Shown here: one piece after another, positions 50,401-62,953 of the stretch
Numbering within the stretch: position 1 is the first letter of the stretch
Layout of the letters: every line of letters begins with the position of its first letter
NCBI GenBank assembly: GCA_001179505.1
Contig: CDMY01000412.1
Coordinates: forward strand, 20,036-84,035
Direction: 5' to 3'
DNA length: 64,000 bases
From: Vitrella brassicaformis CCMP3155
Taxonomy: Eukaryota; Protista; Chromerida
Translations under genes and position numbers: made by a program
Notes under the pieces: model-generated
The model's database searches: none
What the model saw: only the letters and a program-made list of their open reading frames with translations
What the model was told of the DNA's origin: nothing

Positions 50401-51446
50401 CAGACGACAGCGTCGACGCAGCCGCCTGCGGTGCCCCCACCCGCCCCTTGGCGTCCTCGTGATCGGGTGGATCTTCGTCGTCCGCCTCGGAGTCTTCGTC
50501 GTCCGAGAAAAGGTCCGGGTCGTCGAGGTCGATGCCCGACCGGGAGGAGAGGGCGAACATGGAATAGTCGCTCAACACAGACTGGGGGAGGTTGTCGACG
50601 TCAGGCTCACGCTGATGTCAAATCAGTCAGTGACATGGCATGCGTGTGTGTGGATTCGTTGTATGGATGTGCTGATGTGTGCTAACGTATGGTGACGAGG
50701 CGTCGTCTTGGATGTCGGAGGAAGCCTCGAGGTGGTCGGGGCTGATGAAGTCCACGGCACGACGCAGGCGATCCAAGCATAGACCCTCATCCAAACCTGC
50801 ATTGATCAACCAACCAATACACACACAACACACAGACGGACAGCGCATTCATTGCATTCTCTGTTCATTCCCCATCCACTGCACGGCTTTCTGTCTGGAG
50901 CACCCACCAGCCCCCCCACGCACCGGTGTCTTTGAAGATGCCCCTCTCCCGGACCTCCTTGACCAGGCGGCCCTTGCTGGCGTCGCTCCCCTGCGTCCGC
51001 TTGTAGTGCCTTATCTTGTCAATCAACACGTCCATCTTAGCCCGGGGCACCCGCCCCGCCAACTCGCTGCACAGCTTCGACGCCACCACGCACCCCGCCT
51101 CCCTGTCCACGTCGTCATCACGGTCAGCCGACTGCGAGGCAGCGAAGGGGAGATCGTGTGTGACCCACTGGTCGCTCGTGCGGTGGTGGCTGACGGCCAC
51201 CTGCTGCTGCAGCTGCCGCGATGAGGGCCGCGAGTGTGGACGGCATGCTGATGCTGAGGCGGCACACACCACAGGCGCATTGGCCCATCTGAATGGCGGT
51301 GGGCAGGGGAGGGGGAGGGACGAGGCGGGGAGGTGAGCTGATCTGCTTGTGGCTGCCATGGCCACCCTCCGCCGCACGTGTTGCTCGATGAGTTCGAGGG
51401 ACCGGGAGAGGCCCGAACGCGGCACCGCCAGCTCGTACTGATTCAT
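47465..51446 (-). CDS. RRM-containing RNA-binding protein (2-3 RRM-like domains)
   Basis: RNP2-like VLVTNLPADVT...AFRPCGRVCKVEIF, KTLIVTNVPY, and MLVLRFQSFEKAYRAAKRL. Ends GDFVDFPLPKQDEYR*. The start is uncertain. Confidence 0.7.
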
Positions 51447-52195
51447 GACTGATGCACGCGACACCGTCGTCGACCAAGTGCCAGATAAGTCATATGACAA
51501 GACTCTAAGACATGCGAGCTTGAAACTGCGAGTTCTGGTGGTGGTTAAGGGTAAGACTGTCCGTGTGTCCATGCGCTGTGACGGTCGATTACATTCGCAT
51601 CTAAACTATTGAAAGCAACGATCAAAGCATTCGCTACCAATCATGGGAGCTTTGGGGACATGGAGAACGCTGCCTACATGCAATAAGCTTCGTCTGCGTC
51701 CATGGTGTCTGTCGTTCGACTGGTGACTGATGCATTGGCACACGTTGGCACGCCATGTAACGGATTAGCCCAGTAAGCTAAGCTGTGGTTATCCATCTGC
51801 GGGCCGCATCCACCTATTTCCTTTATACGCGACAACCACTCACCCACACAAATTCATACACCCATGGGGCGCACGTCATGCCACGTCATGTGGCTTCGCA
51901 GATATGAAACTGACTGTGATGAAAACAACAGCGACTCACGCACGAGCTGCTGGCGCCAATTAGTCCGCACATCTCAGATCGTTCCACCGGTCTGTCTCGC
52001 CTGCCTTAGTGCAAACACCCTAGTATACATACAAGGACACACACAGTGCAAAGAGCAGCTGTGACAATCACGGAAAAACCACGCACACAAACACTCACAT
52101 CCACAACGAACAACATATAATTCTACACCTACTTATTGCCTGCCTGCACCCCGCGATGGACTAGTGTCCACATTTGCGCCTGCCCGCCTCAGGCA

Positions 52196-53365
52196 TCATT
52201 AGCATCTCGTGTCACCTCGGTGGGTATGTCTGGTGGGCACACACACATACACACACACACTCATGCACACACACACACGCATCTGTCCGTCTGTCTGTCT
52301 GTCTGTCTGTCCGTCTCTGTGCGCAGCTCGTTACCTAAAGTCCTTACCTGGTTCTGACCACACCATACCCTCCACAGTGAATATGAAGGGGTCAGCCTCA
52401 GTCATACCCCTGCACTCAGACATGACGCACACACACACACACACACGCACTCTGAGGGTCCGAAAGTGTTCGTGTGCCGCCACGTGCACATACTTGTCCT
52501 CGCCGAACACATTTTTGATGAGTTCGTTGTCATTGGCGTGCACCTCGACCACCTGCTGGTTGTCGTCGAGGCGCATGAGCTTCACGTCATGTTCGCTGTT
52601 TTCGCTGTTGGGGAGCTCCCGACGGAAGGTGTCGAAGAGAAAACGCTTCACGTCAATGACGTGAAGTTTCTCGAAGTTGCCACCCGAGTTGTCGAGGCCG
52701 CCATCGGTATCCAGCACATCAAACAGGAAGGGGCCCGAACTGAGGCCGCCTCTGGTGCAGTGGAATTTGAAGTAGCGAAAATCCCCAATGCCAATACGCA
52801 TGGGCTCTGATGGTCACACACACACGCGCACGCACGCACGCACGTGTATCCGTCGTCTGCAGACCATGCCTGTCTGTCTGTCTGTCCGTCTCTGTGCGCA
52901 GCTCGTTACCTGAAGTCCTTACGTGGTTCTGACCACACCATACCGTCCACAGTGAATACGAAGGGGTCAGTCTTAGTCATACCCCTGCACACAGACATGA
53001 CGCACACACACACACACACGCACTCTGAGGGTCCGAAAGTGTTCGTGTGCCGCCGCGTGCACATACTTGTCCTCGCCGAACACATTTTTGATGAGGTCGT
53101 TGTCATTGGCGTGCACCTCGACCACCTGCTGGTTGTCGTCGAGGCGCATGAGCTTCACGTCAGCTACGCTCTTGAGCCGCGTCGGTAGGAAATTGTTGTA
53201 GAGGAAACGCTTCACGTCAATCACTGTCTCGAAGCTGCCACCGGGATGGACCACCCCAAGCAGGAGGGGGACCGAACTGAGGCCGCCTGTGGTGTAGTAG
53301 GACTGGAAGTAGCGAAAATCCGCCAAATCAATCGGCTCCATGGCCAGTTTCGGCGGGCCCGACAT
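52196..53365 (-). CDS. Tandem-family gene copy 1, with two repeats of an about 120-aa unknown (possibly ubiquitin-like) domain
   Basis: MSGPPKLAMEPIDLADFRYF...FRTLR|GMTKTDPFVFTVDGMVWSEP splices in frame to QPMRIGIGDFRYF...FRTLR|GMTEADPFIFTVEGMVWSEP|DIPTEVTRDAK*. Confidence 0.7.
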
Positions 53366-53773
53366 CTCTCTCTGGCAGTGCGGGGGAGAAGTTGGATCTT
53401 GGGTGCGCAACGTTCGGCACGAGAGGGACGACACACACTTTCGTAGGACGCTGGCGAGGCTGGTGAGGCTGTCAAACACACGACGGAAGATCATCCCACT
53501 CGCCGGGGCACACTGCAGCAGTGGTTCCAGGAAGCACACTGCGAGCTTGCGAGCTCGCCAAAATTAGCTCGCGGAAGGCAGCCCCCCCTGGCAGGCACTC
53601 CCTGTTCAAGGACTGCTACTTCAACAACCGCAACGTTGGGACAGTCGCGGAAAAACCACGCACACAAACACTCACATCCACAACAAACAACATATAATTC
53701 TACACCTACTTATTGCCTGCCTGCACCCTGATGGGCTAGTGTCCACATTTGCGCCTGTCCGCCTCAGGCATCA

Positions 53774-54603
53774 TTAGCATCTCGTGTCCCACGGGTCGCA
53801 TACGGCGGGTATTTCTGCTGGTCGCGCACACACACACACACACACGCGTATCTGTCCGTGTGTCTGTCTGCATACGCGTGTCTGTTTGTCTGTCTGCTTG
53901 ACTGTCTGTTTGACTGTCTGTCTGTCTGTCTGTCCGTCTCTGTGCAGCTCGTTGCGTAAAGTCCTTACGTGGTTAGGTGGTGTTGGCAGTACGAGACCCT
54001 TCATAGTAGCCAGTATGAATGGGCTCTGATGGTCACATACACACGCACACGCACGGACGTGTTTCTGTCCGTCGTCTGTCTGCTACACGTCTCTGTCTGT
54101 CTGTCTGTTTGTCTGGCTGGCCTCTCTGTGCAGCTCGTTGCGTAAAGTCCTTACGTGGTTCTGGCAACACCACACCCTCCACAGTGAATAAGAAGGGGTC
54201 AGTCTTAGTCATACCCCTGCACACAGACATGACACACACACACACACGCACGCACTCTGAGGGTCCGAAAGTGTTCGTGTGCCGCCACGTGCACATACTT
54301 GTTCACGCCGAACACATTTTTGATGAGGCCGTTGTCATTGGCGTGCACCTCGACCACCTGCTGGTTGTCGTCGAGGCGCATGAGCTTCACGTCAGCTACG
54401 CTTTTGAGCTGCGTCGGTAGGAAGTTGTTGTAGAGGAAAAGCTTCACGTCAATCACTGTCTCGAAGCTGCCATCGATATCCACCACATCGAGCAGGAGGG
54501 GGACCGAACTGCGGCCGCCTGTGGTGCTGCGGAACTGGAAGTAGCGATAATCCGCCAAATCAATCGGGACCAGTTTCGGCGGGCCCAACTCACCATCACA
54601 CAT
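53774..54603 (-). CDS. Tandem-family gene copy 2, with a single domain (3' exon usage uncertain)
   Basis: MCDGELGPPKLVPIDLADYRYF...VIDVKLFLYNNFLPTQLKSVADVKLMRLDDNQQ... is highly similar to the first repeat of copy 1. The 3' flank 53650-53790 duplicates 52072-52213. Confidence 0.65.
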
Positions 54604-54798
54604 CTCTCTCCTCCACAGGGGGGGTCGGGAAGAGGTGGGGGTGGTTAAGGGTACTAAGGTTTGGCGGAACCGGGGGGGTCAAAACGAAGGTTGTGAGCTT
54701 TCCAGATGAATGAAGGGTGATTCCGTACGAGGACTGCCCACCAGCGTTGGCAGCGGTGATTCATCTCATCTCATGTGTGAAAGGAAGGCTCACCAGCG

Positions 54799-56031
54799 AT
54801 GGCGTCTGATGGGCTCGATAAGAGGGTGGAGTCGTACCTCACCATACACCTCGCTATCGTCGCAGTGGAGTTCCTCTGCCTCATACGTACACAACGACAC
54901 ACACACACACACAGACACGCACACATCAACACATCACATGCATCCATGCCGTCTGCCCGCCCTGTGTGTGCAGTGGTCTACTGGATCATCCGGAAGGTGC
55001 GCCGGCGGCTGCTGCAGAAGAGCCTCCGCAAGTTCCCGCCCCGGCGGTTGGCCCTGGAGGCGTCCGACATGACCCGCACCATGTACGTGCAGGTGCTGGA
55101 GCAGTTCGTCAAGCAGGAGCAGCTGCCACACGCCGTCAGACCCAGCAAACGAGACGCCGCCGACAAGGGGTGCGACAGGAACGACGAGTGCGATAGACAC
55201 GTCCACCACAGACAGGTGGGCCATGCGTGCATCACACGGGCAGGGAGGGAGGGAGGCGGTGTCGGGCAGGGGTTCGTGGATGTGTGTGTGTGTGTGTGTG
55301 TGTGTTCAGGAGATAGCCTTGCAGTGGCACAACATAGAGACGGCGGCGTGCTCGTATGACCGCAGCCTCAGACGCAAGAAAAACCAGACAGTGCGGGAGT
55401 ACCTCCACAGTGAGCGAGCCGAGCCACACACGCGCCCCATGGATGTGTCAGTCAGCTCATGGAGACGTACGTACGTGTGGCGGGCTGTGTGCGCCTCGCC
55501 TCGCCTCGTTCAGGTTTGGTTGATTTGGCGGGAGGTGGGGAGGCGTCCTTCCGAAACAATGTGGAGGACTACCTGACGTACTACGAGCTGGCCAAGTTCA
55601 GCGACCGGGAGTTCGACGCCAGATCGTTCGGAGAGGTCATGAAAATCGTACTGGCACTCATTCAGAACCTAGAGGGTCCGCAGAACCAACACACCCACAC
55701 CCACACCCACACACCCACCCACCCACACACACACAACACCGACCAGTTCAGAGCTGCGCTGTATGTGTGTGTGTATCATTCAGGGAATCTCGGCCGCCGG
55801 TCTCGTTCGTCGCCCGCCACCCCCCTGGGCCCGCCGGCCGACCACTCTCCAGTAAAGCCGTCATCAGCCCACCTCCACCACCTCCACCATTACCCCGACA
55901 GCGACACGTCTCATGGCGAGCAGGGGCGGCGGCGGCGCGAGGGCGGCAGGTGGATGCGGCCACGCAGGGCACACAGGGATAAAGATAAGGGTAGAGATAA
56001 GGGTAGGGAGCGGCGGAGGGGCGAGGGGTAG
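54799..56031 (+). CDS. Membrane protein with a DLT1/DUF4129-like C-terminal region
   Basis: N-terminal TM (IHLAIVAVEFLCLI..VYWII), then NQTVREYLH...VEDYLTYYELAKFSDREFDARSFGEVMKIV, the TxREYL...YExARF pattern. The 3' end is approximate. Confidence 0.65.
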
Positions 56032-56410
56032 GTAAAACAGACGGACAGACGAGGGTGGGAGAGGAGAGGGGGAGAGTGTGTGTTAGGGAGGGAGGGATGG
56101 GTTGTGGCGGGTTGCTGACGGACGTGTGTGTTCGGGTGGATTTTGCTGACGGAGGCGATGCATGGTGTCTGATGTCCGTCCTTAGCTTCCATCCCTTGTT
56201 TGTGACGGAGACTCCATCCATTTATTGGAGTGTTGTCTTGTCTTGTCTCCTGTCTGTGTGTGTTGATATGTTCATATCGGTCGATCATAGAGACCGTTGC
56301 TTGGTTCCTTTCAGTCAGTGTCCAAACCTCGCTGCCGTGCCGTACACGCCACGTCATGGCCTGGCCCAGTGTGTCGTCTCCCTCGTCGCCCACCGTACCG
56401 CAACAGCGCT

Positions 56411-56507
56411 GATTTGGACGATGCACATCGACCAAACAGCGACGTCGCCGACAGTGGGTCGTCAGAGAGAACAAACCCGAGCATTGATTGCACTTGACCA
56501 GCAGCAC
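56411..56507. repeat. About 100-bp direct repeat, copy A
   Basis: gatttggacgat...atcgaccaaacagcgacgtcgccgacagtgg...gagcattgattgca...cttgacc.gcagcac recurs at 58444-58542. Confidence 0.85.
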
Positions 56508-56642
56508 TTGTCTTGTCTGTCGCTCCCGCTCGTTGATTGAGTGATTGATTCGCTTCGGCCGCACTCACTGAGTATCTGTCCATCCTACCTCAGCATGCAG
56601 CTAGACACTCTATCCACGTGTCTGTCTGCATTCTTCCTCATC

Positions 56643-58234
56643 TTATTCCTCCTCCAGCTGTTGCTGCTGCTGCATGATCCTGCGTCTCTTGGCCTGGCGC
56701 ACCCACCGCCCCATGCGCACCAGCTTGCGGTAGTTGGGCATCGGCAGTGTGAGGCGCGGCCGTTTCCTGACACACACACAGAACAACACACAGAGACACA
56801 CACAGAGACACACACACACAGACGTCCGTCCATCCATCCATCCGTCCGTCCACACGACACAGCACAAGACAACACACACACACGAGTGCCTCCCTGGCTG
56901 GCTGTGTGGCTGGCTGACCGGTCAGTTCTTGTCGATCGAGCAGTGTGTGGCTGCTGTGCGGTCGTCTGTGGCGCCTCGTTGGGGTTGTCGGTGCTCCTGC
57001 GGGGGTTGGAGAGATAGTAGCGGGAGTTGCCGCGCTTGACGAGGAAGTCCGCACAGACCAACTCACCCAAATACTCTGGGGACCAACCAAGACAGACAGA
57101 GAGACAGACAGACAGACACAGAGAGAGAGAAAGAGGGATGTGTGTGAGTGGTGTGGGGTGTGCGTGTGTGCAGTTGCGGACCGTCAACGCACAGGAAGGC
57201 CTTCAACAGATTCTTCTTGACTGCACTCACACACACTGTGTCTGTGTCTGGCTGTCTGTGTCTGTGTGGGCTCGCTGCACTCACCGCACTCGTTGTGTCG
57301 CTCGCAGAAGGCGCGAATCTCACCCAACACCGACAACTGAAACATCACGCCACACACGTGGGTAGACAATGGACGGCTCATCCATCCATCGTGTGCACCT
57401 GTTGGCCGTCGTCGTGAGCATCGACCGGCGCCATCGCAGCGTCGTCGTCTGAGTGACACACACACACACATCCAAGGACACACGTGGGTGTGGTGTGCGC
57501 TAGATCTTTCTGTGTCTCGTCTGCATACCTGCGTGGTCATTGGCCTCCTCGTGGTGCCCCTGCTGGTCGTTTTGGTCGTCATGGATGTCGTCGAGTGTCG
57601 ATGCCGTCTTGACCTCGAGTGTCATCTGGTGGTGTTGCGTGTCGATGCCGCCACAGGCGCACTCGAGTGGAATCTCGTTGTAGTGAGCCGGCGGGTTCGA
57701 TGGGTCGGTGGGGATCAAGGGCCTGAAGTGCTTCGGCTCGTACGTGGGAGACACGCGCTCGTCGAGCCTGCAGTGCAGCCAACATGCCACGCGAGTGAGA
57801 CAGACAGTGAGGCAGACAGTGAGGCGGATGGTCAGTGGTCATTCAGTCTGTCAATGATCTTTATCCGATCCGATGGACGACAGCTGCTTACATCATTGTC
57901 ATGGTCAGGTAGCGGTCATCTACACACACACACATACAGAGAGAGAGAGAGGAAGGATGAGCATCTCATCTTGTGTGCGTTGATGGGCCTGGCCTGCCTG
58001 GCAGCGGGCTGAGCTCCTCTAAAGACAGACAGACACACAGACAGACAGACAGACAGAGGGGATGTCAGTGTGTGTGGGGTGTGGGTGTTGAGTGGCTGCC
58101 ACGTGTGCGTGGGGCCGGGTGATTGTGTGGTGAGTGATTGTCTGCCGACTGCATAGCGATTGCGTGCCGCTGATGTGTGGCAACGGCAGCCTGATGGTGG
58201 CGGACTTCTGCTGGGTGGCCTGGGCCGTTGCCAT
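56643..58234 (-). CDS. Hop1/ASY1/HORMAD-like meiotic axis protein with most of the HORMA core missing (possible pseudogene or misassembly)
   Basis: MATAQATQQ...ISGTQSL resembles the HORMAD N-terminus. It is followed by ELSPLP|DDRYLTMTM|MLDERVSPTYEPKHFR...CGGIDTQHHQMTLEVKT, the HORMA C-terminal strands. A winged-helix-like segment LVCADFLVKRGNSRYY and a basic C-terminus follow. Confidence 0.65.
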
Positions 58235-58443
58235 TTCTACTCACTCGTCTCAATGCGACGCGACAAGAGAAGAAAGAAAGTGATCTTGTCGCTTAAGAGA
58301 CATTGACGTAATACGTATGCAACTCATCTAACGAATTCCCGATCGATCGTCCGTTGGTCTGTGTCTGAGTCTGTCTGTCTGAGTGTCTGTCTGTCTGTCT
58401 GTCTCTAGATCTGTCGCTCCACTGCATCCCATCCGACGGCGCC

Positions 58444-58542
58444 GATTTGGACGATATCGACCAAACAGCGACGTCGCCGACAGTGGAGCGACAGAGAAAA
58501 CAAACACGAGCATTGATTGCAGTGCACTTGACCGAGCAGCAC
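58444..58542. repeat. About 100-bp direct repeat, copy B
   Basis: Same orientation as, and high similarity to, 56411-56507. Confidence 0.85.
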
Positions 58543-59560
58543 AACCACTCGCTATTCAATCGACCCATTGGGCAAAGAGCCCTGCCAGTCAGACGCAGGG
58601 CAGCACAGGACAGTGAAAGAAAGGGCATGCAGGCATGCAAAGCAAGGCAGGCAGGGCACATGACCCCAGTCATTCAAAAGATGATCGATGGGTGGCACCG
58701 TCTGTCTCTCTGTCTGTCTGTCTGTCTGTCAGGCAGGCAGGCAGGCAGGCAAGGGAGGTGATAGACAGGCAGGCAGACAGCCAGGCAGGCAGGCAAGGGA
58801 GGTGATAGACAGGCAGGCAGACAGCCAGTGAATTACAAACACACCCGCCCTGGCGTGCCCTGCCCTGCCAGGCGCGCGATAGGTGTGTGTACTTGCACGC
58901 CTTGTGCAAGACAGACTACCCCACGCACCATGATACATACACCCACAGACGCACTGATGCATCCATGCCATACAGACGGGGCAAGGCAAGGTAAGGTAAG
59001 CCAGGCAGGCAGGCAGGGGCAGGCAGGCAGTCTGGACAGACAAGTCGTCAGGAAGCGCTAGCAGTCGTCATATCCATTAAATACCCCCTCGACCGACCGA
59101 CCGACCAGAGAAGGTGCCATGCCATCAGACAGGTAGACAGGCCATGAAGGATATGCAAGGGAGGGGGGAGAAAGACACAAGGGACGGGAGTCATAGATAC
59201 ATTACATTCATCAGCGATTTAAACATCCCCCGACCAGCCCACCGACCCACCGACCGACTCAAAATCATATCCCCACAGACACGACAGCTGGCAAGGGGGA
59301 ACCTCTTTCACACACCACACCACACCACACCACACCCACCACTCTGCGCACCCTACAGACCAACCAACCGACCGACCAATCGACCAACCTGTACAGACAA
59401 AACGGGCTCCCTGTGTGGATCAAAACTGGGCTGTACACCCAAGCCTGAATAAAGCAAGGACACACGGATCGCTATGCCATCGCCTCTCGTCTTGTCGCCC
59501 GCTATGCGCTATGCACAGACAGCTTAAATACATACACACATAGACGAGACGAGCGATCGA

Positions 59561-62500
59561 TCAGCCGGCATGAATTCCCACCCTCGCTCTCCTACGCTTG
59601 GCACCCGCCAGCAGCACTCGGGCGGGGTTCCTCAGGCGTCTCACCGACGCTGCTGCCGCCTTCTTGACGACAGCCTTGCTCACAGGCGAGGCCACAGACA
59701 GCTTGTCGGGCCTCTTGGTGACGGTCTTCCTCTCCCTCTTGGGGTGGTGAAGCTGGTTCGGCGTGGCCTCCATGGTCCTCATGGTGGGGCCGCTGGTGCT
59801 GCTGCTGCTGAATTCCTCGTCAAGGATCTGTGCAACCACGATGCACGACTAGGTCTGCGTATCCGTGTGTGTGTGTGTGTGTGTGCAACGAACCCTGGCT
59901 ATGAATCTTCTGAGTGCGTCGTATCTGACGTCGTGTCGGTGGGCCACCTTGCAGATGTTCATGTGGTTGGCAGCTGCCACCACCCTCAACTCACCGTACT
60001 GAGGGTACGCACTCGCGAGCGGCACCACCTGACCGATCAACCAAAATCGTTCCATCGGAAGCGACCAATGTACTCCGATGTCTCTGTGCCTCCCTGTCTG
60101 TGTGTCTGAGGGCCTACCAGGTCCTTTTGGTTGAAAGGCAGCTCCACTGGGATGCTCTCCGCCATCGACAACACACGGATGTCTGCAACAGACACAGAAG
60201 CGATGGCATTTGCAGTCAGTCGGCGCTGGCGGTCAAACGGTCAGCTGACTTTCGTTTTGCGAGATGTGTTTGAAGTTCTCGTTGAGTCGGTGTAGCTCGT
60301 CTGACGGCCGGAGGTTGTGCGTGATGCCCGAGAACATCGGGCGGAAGAGCCGGGGGACACGGGCGAGGGGGGCGCCGAGATGCGGGACGCCGTAGAAGGC
60401 CACGCCTCTCGTCGCGCGGCGCAAGTCCTGCATCAACCACGGACACCATCAGACAGACAGACAGACAGGCTTGTGTCCGCATACACCCACTTTCAGATGT
60501 GGTGGTGGTTGTTTGTTGTCTGACCTTGTCCGCCTCCAGCAGCAGTTTAGTGAGCAGCCCTCCAAGTGAATGGCACACGAATATCACCGGACGACCTGGC
60601 ACACCGACACCCTGCACACACACATCATACACATACACAGACACATTTGAACGCATCAATGCATTCTTTAATCCACCCATCCATCCATCAACCTACTCAC
60701 CGCTTCCCTGAGGTTGTGCAGCAGTGTGGCCGCCAGATGCTTCAAGTGAGATGCTCTCGTCATCCGCCCCTGCCCTCGGCCGTTGTCGCCCTCTCCTCTC
60801 CTCGTGGCTGGCGATGACGGCGTATCAACATGAGAGGGTGACGCTGCTATGTCATCCATCTGGCCGCCCTTGAGCCGCCGCCCTCTGTTGTTCTTTGCAG
60901 CTAGAGCAGACCCGCCTTCCAGAGAATGCCCTGCGAGTGCCCTGGGCGGCTCTGAGTGGGCACCAGCCGTCTTGACACGATGTGGCCGGGTTGGGGAGTC
61001 ACTCCTGTGGTCGTTGTGTTGGTGTGGGTGTCGGTTGGCCTGGCTGCTGGTGCTGGGGGAGTGTCGTGGAGTGCGCTGCCGGAACAGAGGGGCCTGCAAG
61101 GAACGGCACCGGACACAGGAGGTGTGTTGGCTCATGCATGTCATGTGGGCGTGTGTCTGCTTGGCTGGGTCCCTTACTGGGTAGTTGACAACGAAGATGC
61201 GAGATTGCGGAAAGTCGACAGGGAGGAGTTCCCGCGGCCAGTGCTCATCTTGGTTGGACGCCATGTCCTCCATCTCCGTCTGCTGCTGCTCCTCCTGCTG
61301 CAGCTGCCGCTCGATGTGCTGCAAACCCTCCACCAACGCCTCGGTCGTCGCGCCGTCGACACCCTTGCCCGCCTCGCTCAACAGACGACCCCAAAAACGA
61401 CTGATCAAACAACCAATCGACCCATAGGCAGGCACAATTCATGACAAGTGAGAAAATCGTGGCTGGGCTACTCTCTTTCGCTCACCCAAGGTTGACCGGT
61501 GACATGGCCAGCTGCTTGGCGAAGTGCCGGACGCGCAGTGCGAAGCCCCCATCGCTCTCGCTCGCCCTCAGGTCATCCGCTTCATCCGCCTCCCTGATCG
61601 ACGACAGCTCTCGGTCAAGGTCCGCCAGCCACTCAGACACACTCTCGCTCCCATTCACACCCACACCCACATCCACATCCACATCCGCAGCGGGCGACCC
61701 GTCACATGTGGCCACCGGTGCCTCTGCTGCAGCGTTGTTGGACCTGCTGCTGTAGAGGGCCGTGATGACTCGCCGGCCCCGGGATGGTGCCGGGCGGCGC
61801 AGCGGCTCCGCAACGATGCGGGAAGGAATGGCGTGAGGCAGGCGTCCGCGTGAGCCAGCAGACGGGTGAGCTCTGACAGCAGCAGCTACGGGACGATTGG
61901 ATGTCTTGTCAACATTTGGTCCACTGCTCTGCTGCTCTGCATTGTCCTCCTCTCCCTTGAGCCGCCGCCATGTCTTGAATGCAGATCCGCGGAGTCCGTG
62001 TACGAGCACGATGTCGATGGGGACGCAAGAGGGATGTGATGGCTCACCCGCACCCTGCACACAGACAGAGGGACAGACAGAAGAATGGCTGACAGGGCTC
62101 ACATGTTTGGCGGGTGGACATGGACATGGACACGCACCTTGCTGGGGGGCTCTGACGCGTCGTGTGCAGGAGGCACAAACATCGCATACACACCTGTATC
62201 GCAGGCATTCAATGCACACACACACACACACACGCACCAACGTCAGTCACCTTCTTTGCTGCCTGCGGGCGGTCCATCTCCTCCCCCAGTTACTCCTCAC
62301 CGTCAGCCACCCGAGGCCAAGGTGATATCTCTCCGCCTCTCCGTTTCATGGCGGCCCCGCCGCCCACCTCCATCTGCATCACATCGGTGCCTCCCTCAGC
62401 CTTCACCGGCGCTATGTCACCCATCCTCAGCCACCGACACACTGACAGCCGATACCGCGACGCTCCAACAGGCAGCGCCCGAGGGGCCACAAAGGATAGC

Positions 62501-62850
62501 CTGTTGGCCCATGGCAGCCGTGGCAGCCGGGGCCCCACCATCCTCCATGGCCGTGTGATGGGCACGCCCCGCCTCCGTGCGCTGGCCGCCCACGCAGCGC
62601 CCGCCAGGCCGTGAGCTGCACCCACAAGGCACAGACCCACGCTCCATCGCACCCACCGTCGGCCGCCCTTCTGCGCGCTGTCTTCATCCCGCTGCTGACG
62701 GGCTGGCTGTGTGAGCCAAGTGGAGGGGCGAGTGAAAGCGGACGCCCGATATCTCTGCGGGAAGCTGTCGTCGAGGGCTGCAAGGCTGAGGTGGATCTGA
62801 AGGCAGATGGCCAACAAGAATAGCGCCCGCCGTAACCGCTGCCCCGTCAT
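59561..62850 (-). CDS. SERAC1: SERAC1-like alpha/beta hydrolase
   Basis: GVYAMF...IDIVLVHGLRGSAFKTW, HWPRELLPVDFPQSRIFVVNY, VIFVCHSLGGLLTK (nucleophile elbow), TRGVAFYGVPHLG, ANHMNICK. The start is uncertain. Confidence 0.85.
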
Positions 62851-62953
62851 GAGGCTCTCGGGGTAAACCTGCGTTTTTCGGACACAACGATCCGCGTGTC
62901 GGCATTTAAGAGCTCGCACGGGGGCTGGGGGCTCCAGACCGGTGCTTCGAGCG

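Noticed and set aside
52072-54603. Possible CRISPR-like or prokaryotic repeat array
   Set aside because: The repeats are duplicated spliced coding units, not short repeats with unique spacers. Nothing in the window looks prokaryotic.
58725-58830. 44-bp tandem duplication of GGCA-rich sequence
   Set aside because: Ordinary microsatellite-derived duplication.
59561-59839. Basic ORF considered as a HORMA N-terminal exon or a separate gene
   Set aside because: It splices in frame as the last exon of the SERAC1-like gene (…RRFIAR|ILDEEF…).
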